Shown: positions 18,788 through 26,558 of the stretch, in pieces
How the letters are laid out: every line of letters begins with the position of its first letter
Position numbering within the stretch: position 1 is the first letter of the stretch
From: a virus
Lineage: Duplodnaviria; Caudoviricetes
IMG/VR virus record: IMGVR_UViG_3300017763_003980
Reading direction: 5' to 3' (one strand)
Length of the DNA stretch: 64,000 nucleotides
The notes under the pieces: model-generated
Told to the model about the DNA's origin: nothing
What the model saw: only the letters and a program-made list of their open reading frames with translations
Databases searched by the model: none
Translations under genes and position numbers: made by a program

Positions 18788-20614
18788 TCAGTTATTCCAT
18801 ACTGTAATAAGCTTGTTAAATTCAGGCAAATATAAATATTCAATATCACTAGTAGATAGAGTACGTATAGCATCATCTAAGGTTTCTACTAATGGTTCTC
18901 CTCCTAAATTAAAACTTGTGTTAAAGATGATAGGAACGCCTGTTTTTTCTTTGAATGTTTTTATAATATCGTAGTAATGAGGATTTTGTTCTCTACTTAC
19001 TGTTTGAATCCTGCATGTACCGTCAACGTGTATAATAGCAGGAATTTTCTCTTCGACTCCTGGTTGACAATTTACAGCATACATCATCGTAGGTGAACTT
19101 TCCATGCCACGCAGATCAAACCATTCATGTGCATCCTCTTCAAGTATACTACCAGCAAATGGTCTAAAATATTCTCTACGTTTAATTTCGTTTACAAAGT
19201 CTTTGCCGTCTTCAAATGTTGGATCAAACATTAAGCTTCTATTTCCTAATGCACGTGGTCCATTTTCAGATCTGCCTTGAAAGTTTGCAACAATATTCTT
19301 AGAAGTCATTAGTGCTACAACATCTTCGTGTGTAGCGTCTTTTATTTCTGCGTCATATTTTTCTACTGTGCTATAAACATCTTGTTCTGAATATTCGTAT
19401 TTAGGTCCTAAAAATACATCATTAGCACGATTATTTACTTTTGTATCTTGACTAATTTTATAGTGTTGATACAATGCCGCCCCCATCGCTGTTCCGGCAT
19501 CATTAGAAATAGGTTCTACATAAATTTCAATACCTTCATCTTTTAAAGCATCTAAGTAATGATAATTTGCAACACAATTTAATCCATATCCGCCGCTAAT
19601 TACAACTTTGTTTTGTTTTGATATTTTCACAGCATGTCTAATAAGTTTTACTACAGCCTCTTGTGTCGCTTGCTGTACAGCATATGCCAAATCTCTTCTA
19701 TTTTGCAAATATGTAACATCGTCTTGATCAAATTCTAGATCAACCTCATCACTATTTAATTCTTTATATTGTGGCATATTGATTACAGCACCATTAGGAT
19801 ATCTTGGAACAATTAAATTTCTATTAGTAAGAGGTATATTCATATTACTATCATTATCCATAATAGAAGGAATATTATCATTAGGTTTGCCGTAAGGTGA
19901 TAGCCCCATTGTTTTTCCAGCTTCAATTGCTGTAAATCCGCAATATTCTGTAACAGCTTCATATGCTTTTACAATTCCTGCACGATCGTGCATAAATGTA
20001 TTATACACTGCACCCGGGTCGTCCCAGCCATCACCGCCCCAGTTATCAATGTTAACAGAAGGTATTGCATCTCTAGCGCCTAAACTTTTATGCAAAGTTT
20101 TAAAGTTTGCTGGGTAATTACATTTATAAATGCTTTCAGTTTCCCATATAGTCATTTGATCATTTTGATGTTGTAAAGGGAAAAATGTTCCAGCGCCGTC
20201 AACAATAAGTGCAACTGCACTATCAAATCCTGATCTATAAAATGCCATTGCGGCATGCATTTTATGATGGTGCATAGCTACATCAACTACTTGACCTTCT
20301 GTTCGAGGATCTTCTGAATTTCTTCTAGGGGTCTCAATCAGTCCTATTTTTCTTGCAAGACCGCTATACACATCTTCACCAGAATAATCTAATATTCCTG
20401 CGGTATTTAATGGAGTAGTATGACAAATAACCAAATGATCAAGTTTATCAGTATACTCTTTAATTTTAAGCATACTAGCTAATGCGCCGCCATCGTACTT
20501 TAAACGTGTTAGTCTTTCTTCTTCAATACTGAATACAATCTTGCCATCTTTAAGTAAGCATACTCCTGAGTTATGCCCTCTAGCTACACCTGCAATCCAA
20601 ACTGGCTTAGTCAT
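18788..20614 (-). CDS. O-carbamoyltransferase (NodU/CmcH/TobZ family)
   Basis: HNSG..EEERLTR, HHKMHA, VDGAG, GKTMGLSPYG, GGYGLNCVAN, GPRALGNRS, RPFA, HVDGTCRIQTV, NTSFN. Confidence 0.92.
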   Translation of the reverse strand: MTKPVWIAGVARGHNSGVCLLKDGKIVFSIEEERLTRLKYDGGALASMLKIKEYTDKLDHLVICHTTPLNTAGILDYSGEDVYSGLARKIGLIETPRRNSEDPRTEGQVVDVAMHHHKMHAAMAFYRSGFDSAVALIVDGAGTFFPLQHQNDQMTIWETESIYKCNYPANFKTLHKSLGARDAIPSVNIDNWGGDGWDDPGAVYNTFMHDRAGIVKAYEAVTEYCGFTAIEAGKTMGLSPYGKPNDNIPSIMDNDSNMNIPLTNRNLIVPRYPNGAVINMPQYKELNSDEVDLEFDQDDVTYLQNRRDLAYAVQQATQEAVVKLIRHAVKISKQNKVVISGGYGLNCVANYHYLDALKDEGIEIYVEPISNDAGTAMGAALYQHYKISQDTKVNNRANDVFLGPKYEYSEQDVYSTVEKYDAEIKDATHEDVVALMTSKNIVANFQGRSENGPRALGNRSLMFDPTFEDGKDFVNEIKRREYFRPFAGSILEEDAHEWFDLRGMESSPTMMYAVNCQPGVEEKIPAIIHVDGTCRIQTVSREQNPHYYDIIKTFKEKTGVPIIFNTSFNLGGEPLVETLDDAIRTLSTSDIEYLYLPEFNKLITVWNN

Positions 20615-20626
20615 ATTTTTTCTATC

Positions 20627-21562
20627 CTAATTAATATCTTTTTTAATTTCTTCAACAATATGTTTTTCTATTTGATCATTCATTTGCATTATACCTTCAT
20701 TTACTCTATCTGAATATTCATCAATTGTAATACGTATAGGACTGTAAACTCTTGATATTTCTCCCATATCAAGAACATTAAAAAAGTCGCAATCAGGATA
20801 AGATGTATTAATAGGAAAAGTACTTCCTATAATAACAGTACTTGGTACATCAAATGCATAAGCCATATGCTGTCCTACACTGTCACAACCTACAAAATGA
20901 TCTGCTTCTGCAATAATTGAACACCAAGTTCTAAGATCTATTCCTTGAGGCACTGCAATTTGTCTGTCAACGCCATGTTTTTTAAAGTCAATTGCTAGCT
21001 CTCCCATAAAAATAATTGCATAATCATTACTAATATTTTTTATAATATTAATTAAGTTAGTTGGTTCAATACTTCTACCGCTATAATCAGTAAGTGTTCC
21101 GTTTTGTTCTGTAATTCCTCTACCAAACGGTTGAATAACGATAGCTTTTTCACATTTAGTTTTTTCTTTTACTTCTTTAATTACTTGGCCAGCTTGTAGC
21201 AGTTCACCTTTACTAAGTCTAATAGTTGGTTTAGGTAAATCTCTAATGCCTTTATTATTAATAGCAATATCATATGCTTGTGCTAAACTACATTTTTGGT
21301 TATAATATTCCCAAACTCTGTAAGGTTCAGGACTTGCTAAATTCATATCTTTTAACTTATCTTCAAACAAGTTTTTATGCCAATGATCATATGCTTTAGC
21401 ATGTAGTAAAGGGTGTCCTTTAAAAAAATCTGTGCCGCCTTCACATATAATTAGAAAATCGTCATCTGGATTTTCTTCATGAAATTTTTCTAGTGCAGGT
21501 ATTGAACATACTACTCTTCCTGCGCCACCGTTAACAAAAAATGCTGTGTTTCTTTCTGACAT
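20627..21562 (-). CDS. GT-B glycosyltransferase, GT9 (heptosyltransferase)-like
   Basis: N-terminal GGAGRVVCSIPAL and C-terminal IAEADHFVGCDSVGQHMAYAFDVPSTVIIGST resemble the GT9 DSG..HlA..l..P...lfG.T signature. Confidence 0.65.
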   Translation of the reverse strand: MSERNTAFFVNGGAGRVVCSIPALEKFHEENPDDDFLIICEGGTDFFKGHPLLHAKAYDHWHKNLFEDKLKDMNLASPEPYRVWEYYNQKCSLAQAYDIAINNKGIRDLPKPTIRLSKGELLQAGQVIKEVKEKTKCEKAIVIQPFGRGITEQNGTLTDYSGRSIEPTNLINIIKNISNDYAIIFMGELAIDFKKHGVDRQIAVPQGIDLRTWCSIIAEADHFVGCDSVGQHMAYAFDVPSTVIIGSTFPINTSYPDCDFFNVLDMGEISRVYSPIRITIDEYSDRVNEGIMQMNDQIEKHIVEEIKKDIN

Positions 21563-21614
21563 ATTTCTAAAATCCTATTGTTATAAACTGTGTACTTAAT
21601 TACAACTACATGAA

Positions 21615-21622
21615 TATTTATA
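21615..21622 (-). promoter_or_regulatory. Late promoter TATAAATA for the GT9-carbamoyltransferase unit
   Basis: Exact motif about 50 nt upstream of the GT9 ATG. Confidence 0.7.
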
Positions 21623-21651
21623 TATGAATTATTTTAGAGATGGTCAAAGTG

Positions 21652-21671
21652 AAAGGCGCCTAAGCGCCTTT
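21652..21671 (-). terminator. Probable intrinsic terminator after the fibre-tip cassette
   Basis: Perfect 8-bp stem AAAGGCGC/GCGCCTTT with a 4-nt loop and a short T tract. Confidence 0.6.
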
Positions 21672-21692
21672 GACTGTGTAAGTTTTAAGTGT

Positions 21693-22754
21693 TTAATCTA
21701 GTAAATCTGAAACATCAATATATAGTTCATGCGATGTATCATGGAAATATTTTTTCATTTCTGGATCTGCGATTTCATCTACTAAATGATCTGGATTATC
21801 ATCATCTGCTCTAGCTTCTACAAAATCAACATCTTGAACAAAATCAGGTTTAACAGGATTAGAATCCCACTGTGTTTTCCAAGGATCAACTTGCTTAATT
21901 TTAGTAAGTGTAACTTTTGCTCCTGTACCTGCACCGTTAGTTACGAAGAAACATTCAGTATATGTAGCTGCTTCGGGGTGATATAATGCTCGTTTATTAG
22001 AAGCAGTAAATCCTGTGATAGCTCCATCACCATCAACTGCATCAACAGTTATTTTAACTTCATCAACTACTGTAGTATTTTTATATTTAGGATCTTGTAC
22101 TAGTAGTACATCACCTACTGCGTATCCAGTTCCACCTGTAGGAATAGTTGCTGTCCAGTCAACACCAGTTAGTTCTAACACATCTCTCAAATACTGTTTG
22201 TGTGCTGTTACTGCATTATATAGATCAGTTGGTAAATCGTCTGATAAAGTTTTGTCTGCTACTGCTAAAAGAACATTTCTAAAAGCAATTCTTTCTGGCC
22301 ACGTTATAAAAGGTTTTTTCCAAGGGTATGGTTTTACAAAATCTTTTGCAATAGGATCATACACTATTTCACTCATTTCATATGCGTGTGCAGGATCAGG
22401 AAATGCATCACTAGTATGTTTTCTTGTTTGTCCTGGAACATCTTCTTCTTTGTCTGGAATAGCCTGTTGTGATGTGCCTCCGAATATGCTACAAATCTCA
22501 GGATTATCTTTTGCGTCTACTTCTATTAGATAACAGTCTGTGTTGCCCGGCATTGGCAAATTTCCATCGTATACCAACTTTGCAGCGATTTCATCTGGAT
22601 ATTCTGAATGTATAGTATTTGTTGTATTGTTAATCCATAAATATTTTTTAGCAGGACCTTTATACTTTATCCTACCAATTTTGTTTTGATCAGCAGTTTG
22701 ATGATATTGTTCATCTGGAACCGGATATTCAAATTGTATTGTTATTTCACTCAT
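21693..22754 (-). CDS. Tail fibre assembly chaperone-like protein with inserted fibre repeat
   Basis: W...RN.LL..D..L..D.P......HKQYLRD motif; paralog of 24376-25053. Confidence 0.55.
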   Translation of the reverse strand: MSEITIQFEYPVPDEQYHQTADQNKIGRIKYKGPAKKYLWINNTTNTIHSEYPDEIAAKLVYDGNLPMPGNTDCYLIEVDAKDNPEICSIFGGTSQQAIPDKEEDVPGQTRKHTSDAFPDPAHAYEMSEIVYDPIAKDFVKPYPWKKPFITWPERIAFRNVLLAVADKTLSDDLPTDLYNAVTAHKQYLRDVLELTGVDWTATIPTGGTGYAVGDVLLVQDPKYKNTTVVDEVKITVDAVDGDGAITGFTASNKRALYHPEAATYTECFFVTNGAGTGAKVTLTKIKQVDPWKTQWDSNPVKPDFVQDVDFVEARADDDNPDHLVDEIADPEMKKYFHDTSHELYIDVSDLLD

Positions 22755-22763
22755 AATTTTTCC

Positions 22764-23558
22764 TTACCAATAGACCACATAAATCATACCGCCTGCACCC
22801 GGAGAACCACATCTACATTCGTTGCCGTGTGTCCAAGCTGTCTGACCACCACCTGCTGGATGATACGCTTGAAAATAGCAAGCCTGTCCGCAACAACTAC
22901 TATAGCTGCCGCATACTCCGCCGTGACAACTTTGACAACAAGTGCTTGTTCCTTGAGGTCTTAGTCCTGGTGTTCCGTATCCTGAACCCATATACTGAAA
23001 TCCATAATGATAGCAGAATTGATTACTTTGTTGTAAACCAGTTGTATTACTATATGTTTGTAGTCTTGTAATGCTGCCAGAATCATATTGGCATCCGCCA
23101 CAACATGTACAAGTTGAACAACAACTATAGCATCCTGATGCGGAAAAACAATGGTTTCTATCCATACAATATCCGCCTTCTATACAAACACACCATTGGC
23201 CACTTACACATGCATAAGAAGGACATCCTTGATATCCACAAATGTTACCGTTGCTTGTATTACTAGTTCCAGCGGAACAAAAACAAACCTGCTGTCCTGG
23301 AGTAACATTTACAAAGTATTTTGCATATCCTCCGCTATAGCCGCCTTTGCCTTGCATACAACAACATGATCTTCCTCCAGAACTACCGCCACTCCAAATT
23401 TCAAAAACCATTTTAGATCTAGTTGCTGGTACTGTCCATACGTATGCACAGCCGCCGTTCTGCTCTAACCACGTGTTGGTGTTTTCTAATAAAAATTCTG
23501 CAGGTGTAGTAGTGCTTCCTTCTTCGTACCCGTATAATAAATCTTTTAAATTAGCCAT
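22764..23558 (-). CDS. Cys/Gly-rich tail fibre tip-like protein (paralog C)
   Basis: WTVP...EIWSGG..G...CCC and C-terminal G.PGAGG.+.+.+; 30 Cys in 264 aa by manual count. Confidence 0.6.
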   Translation of the reverse strand: MANLKDLLYGYEEGSTTTPAEFLLENTNTWLEQNGGCAYVWTVPATRSKMVFEIWSGGSSGGRSCCCMQGKGGYSGGYAKYFVNVTPGQQVCFCSAGTSNTSNGNICGYQGCPSYACVSGQWCVCIEGGYCMDRNHCFSASGCYSCCSTCTCCGGCQYDSGSITRLQTYSNTTGLQQSNQFCYHYGFQYMGSGYGTPGLRPQGTSTCCQSCHGGVCGSYSSCCGQACYFQAYHPAGGGQTAWTHGNECRCGSPGAGGMIYVVYW

Positions 23559-23580
23559 TTATTGTGTCCTTTATTTTTCA

Positions 23581-24366
23581 TTATGATGTTTGCGTCCAAT
23601 GAATTACTACTAAGCCACCTGCGCCTGGATTTCCGTAATTTGGGTTCCAATCACCGTGATTTGTAGCAGTTGGTCCGCCTCCACCTGGAAAATGAGCATA
23701 TCCGCCACCGCAGCAACCATGGCACATTGAGGAACAAAAATCTTTACTTTGTCTAAAATTTCCGCCTGTCATTGGAGCACTAGGCATATAACCAAAAGCC
23801 GAGTTATGACAATTAGAGCCTCCTTTAGCAGCGCCGCCGAATCCACAAATTCCCATAGTGCCACAGTAACTACCACATTGTATACTTGAACAACCGTTGT
23901 AGTTACAATTATCGCCAAAGTAGCATCGAGATCCGCCACCGAGTCCGCCTTCTGCACATACTACATTTGCTGTTTCTGATTCTCCATATACATAACTTGG
24001 ACATCCTTTACAACCTATGCAGGTTCTATCTGTACATCCTGTGGTTCCTCCAGCACAAACCCTATATACACGGGTCTCTAATGATGTTCCTGGTGTAGGG
24101 TGTTGAACAATTTTTCTTGTGTACGATCCTGATCCGCCTGGCCATCCTTGAAAACAACAACAAGCGCCGGCACCACCGCCACCGCCGCCCCACATTTCAA
24201 CTGTAAACCATGTTACTCCAGTAGGAACAGTCCATGCACAACAACAACCTCCGTTGTTTCCGGAGTCAACGCTTGTGTGGTACACAACTAGGTTATGATG
24301 CGTAATTGTACCACCACCGCCTCCGCCGGCGTTAGCATATTGTAATAGTGTTGACAGTGCTGACAT
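23581..24366 (-). CDS. Cys/Gly-rich tail fibre tip-like protein (paralog B)
   Basis: NGGCCCAWTVP..EMWGGGGGG..CCC...GNPGAGGLVVIHW; 23 Cys by manual count. Confidence 0.6.
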   Translation of the reverse strand: MSALSTLLQYANAGGGGGGTITHHNLVVYHTSVDSGNNGGCCCAWTVPTGVTWFTVEMWGGGGGGAGACCCFQGWPGGSGSYTRKIVQHPTPGTSLETRVYRVCAGGTTGCTDRTCIGCKGCPSYVYGESETANVVCAEGGLGGGSRCYFGDNCNYNGCSSIQCGSYCGTMGICGFGGAAKGGSNCHNSAFGYMPSAPMTGGNFRQSKDFCSSMCHGCCGGGYAHFPGGGGPTATNHGDWNPNYGNPGAGGLVVIHWTQTS

Positions 24367-24375
24367 ATTCTACTC

Positions 24376-25053
24376 CTAAACCTTTGTATCTGGTGCTGAA
24401 GGCATTGGAACTTTCCACGGATCAACTTCATCCGATTCACCTTTTTTATATGTAGCCGGCAAGTCTCTTAGTGCTGCTCTATGAGCTACCCACGCTGCTT
24501 TTATTGATTCAGGCATATCAGGTGAAATTTTACTGTCTGAACTTTCTAGCATACTATTTCGGTTAGCTATTAGTGTATCCCATGTTTGTGGTGCAGGAAT
24601 ATATGGTGGAGTTTTCCACTCTTCTGCTGATAAATCATATTCTAAAGTAGTTACACCGTGATATGTTTCTAAAACCTCTGGCTTTGAGTTTGTTTCCCAA
24701 GTTCCGCCGCCTGGCACATCTTCTGTTACTTTAGACTGTCCTGGATAAGTAATTGTTGTGTCGCCTGGTCCTATTATTACTAGTATAAGCGGATCATCAG
24801 CAAAAGTTACTTCGACTCTAGTTGTGCCTGTTGGAACTGGTATATTTTCTCCATCGCTTACATCTTCGGTATCAGCACCAACTCTAGACATTTTTCCTTT
24901 ATTATCACCATCAGTATCAACAAACACCCAAGTTCTATGTGGGCCAGTATATTTTGCTGTTACTGTTTTGCCTTCACTGTCGTCTTGCGAAAAGATTTCA
25001 TTTGGTACTTTGTACGTAAAATCTTGTTCAGTAATTATTGTATTCTCTGGCAT
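24376..25053 (-). CDS. Tail fibre assembly chaperone-like protein
   Basis: TWDTLIANRNSMLESSD...PDMP...WVAHRAALRDLP...DPW, typical of the phage tail assembly chaperone C-terminus. Confidence 0.65.
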   Translation of the reverse strand: MPENTIITEQDFTYKVPNEIFSQDDSEGKTVTAKYTGPHRTWVFVDTDGDNKGKMSRVGADTEDVSDGENIPVPTGTTRVEVTFADDPLILVIIGPGDTTITYPGQSKVTEDVPGGGTWETNSKPEVLETYHGVTTLEYDLSAEEWKTPPYIPAPQTWDTLIANRNSMLESSDSKISPDMPESIKAAWVAHRAALRDLPATYKKGESDEVDPWKVPMPSAPDTKV

Positions 25054-25077
25054 TTGTTTTTCCTCTTATTCGTTTAT

Positions 25078-25875
25078 TTAACTGCTGTATGCTACTATGA
25101 TTAAGCCGCCGGCTCCGAACTGTCCGTGATCGTGTGTTCCACCGCATGATACTGCTGAATATGAACTTCCTCCTGGAAATGCTGTTCTAATTCCGTCGCC
25201 GTTGTGTTTATTTCGTCCACTGCCTTGCCAAGTAGTGTCGCATAAATTATATGATCTCATACCACCTTGGCCCCATCCACCGTCTGAATAATACCAGTAG
25301 TCAGTGTGACAGTAAGTATTTCTCTTGCCCATTTGTCCTGTGCCGTTCCAGCCATAATCTTTAGCTGCTGCGCCTGGTTGCCAGCTTGCGCTGCTGCCGC
25401 CTTGTATTCTTCCCCAGCAACATGAATAGTTACTAAACGGACTTGAAAATCCAGGTTGGCTTGAACCTTGTTCTCCACCGCAGGCACAACCTACAGTAGT
25501 TCCCGTCCAATTTTCTTGTACATAGGTACTGCAGCCGCCACAGCCAACATTACTGTTATCATATGCACAACAAGATGTGCCGCCTGCACAAAATCTATAT
25601 TGACAACCAGGTGTAACATCAAGTCTTTTAAACGTAAACTGTCCTGAAGTACCTGAATGTGACTGAAATGCACAACAACATCCACTATTTCCACTTGAGC
25701 CTCCACCGTACATCCACATCTTCATTGATGTTGTTCCAGCCGGTACAGTCCAAAGACAGCAACACCCACCGTTGGACACACTGTTTAAACTTGTATGGTA
25801 AATTGCAAAATAGTTTGGTATACCTCCGCCGGCAGTTGGCGTAAGTGAGTTAAGTATAGTAGAAAGAGTTGCCAT
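25078..25875 (-). CDS. Cys/Gly-rich tail fibre tip-like protein (paralog A)
   Basis: NGGCCCLWTVP..MYGGG.SG...CCC...GQFGAGGLIIVAY; 19 Cys by manual count. Confidence 0.6.
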   Translation of the reverse strand: MATLSTILNSLTPTAGGGIPNYFAIYHTSLNSVSNGGCCCLWTVPAGTTSMKMWMYGGGSSGNSGCCCAFQSHSGTSGQFTFKRLDVTPGCQYRFCAGGTSCCAYDNSNVGCGGCSTYVQENWTGTTVGCACGGEQGSSQPGFSSPFSNYSCCWGRIQGGSSASWQPGAAAKDYGWNGTGQMGKRNTYCHTDYWYYSDGGWGQGGMRSYNLCDTTWQGSGRNKHNGDGIRTAFPGGSSYSAVSCGGTHDHGQFGAGGLIIVAYSS

Positions 25876-25886
25876 AGTTTATTCCT

Positions 25887-26207
25887 TTATGATCCCGCTA
25901 TAACCCAACCGTATGTAGAACCGGTATAGGTTAAAATTGGAGATGCGTTATTAATATCTATCACAAGATCTGAAGCTGCATTTTGTATCTCTTCCCCGTT
26001 ACGTCCTACTGTAATATTATTTGTGCCTGCAACACCAGTTACGTCTATGATTTGCACAGTGTCTTCTACAGTTGGTGTAGCTGGCAGGGTAATTGTAATA
26101 CTACCCGCTGTACAAATAATACGTTCATTAGCTTTAGCAGTGACACTACTACTTGTAACAACGTTAGTTGTTGAGTAATTCAATGTGCTTGTTAAATATC
26201 GTCCCAT
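25887..26207 (-). CDS. Small tail fibre-associated protein
   Basis: TITLPATP...VQIID......NNITV.RNG..I..., similar to long-tail-fibre repeat domains; late promoter upstream. Confidence 0.55.
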   Translation of the reverse strand: MGRYLTSTLNYSTTNVVTSSSVTAKANERIICTAGSITITLPATPTVEDTVQIIDVTGVAGTNNITVGRNGEEIQNAASDLVIDINNASPILTYTGSTYGWVIAGS

Positions 26208-26228
26208 TTTATTTGTCCTTTAATATAT

Positions 26229-26546
26229 TTATGCCGCTGTCTCAATTCCAAATGCAACAACACTTACGTTTGCTCCACTTGATCTTGCTACAATTAATTG
26301 TCCGGCTCCTAAAATAATACCAGTACGTTCTAACACGTTCCTTGGTAGCAATTCGACATCGTACTCTAAGTACTCGTCAAGTCCCGGCGTTGCTGTATCA
26401 CAAATAGCCAAACGAACCACTATGGCTGAGTTTCCTCTGTTGGTCATTGAAACACTAGCAACAGTATATGTACTTGCTGGGCAAGTATAGATAGTTGTAT
26501 CTGCACCTGCACTTAAATCAGCTGTTCCTATTCTTCCTGTGGCCAT
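26229..26546 (-). CDS. Small virion connector-like protein (paralog family with 36637 and 40593)
   Basis: YTCPA...N..V....LEYD.EL....LERTGIIL.......SVVAFGIE pattern. Confidence 0.55.
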   Translation of the reverse strand: MATGRIGTADLSAGADTTIYTCPASTYTVASVSMTNRGNSAIVVRLAICDTATPGLDEYLEYDVELLPRNVLERTGIILGAGQLIVARSSGANVSVVAFGIETAA

Positions 26547-26558
26547 TTGTTATTTCTC

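Noticed and set aside
22764-25875. Diversity-generating retroelement or invertible fibre switch
   Set aside because: There is no reverse transcriptase or recombinase, no near-identical TR/VR pair and no inverted cassette; all genes are co-oriented and divergent throughout.
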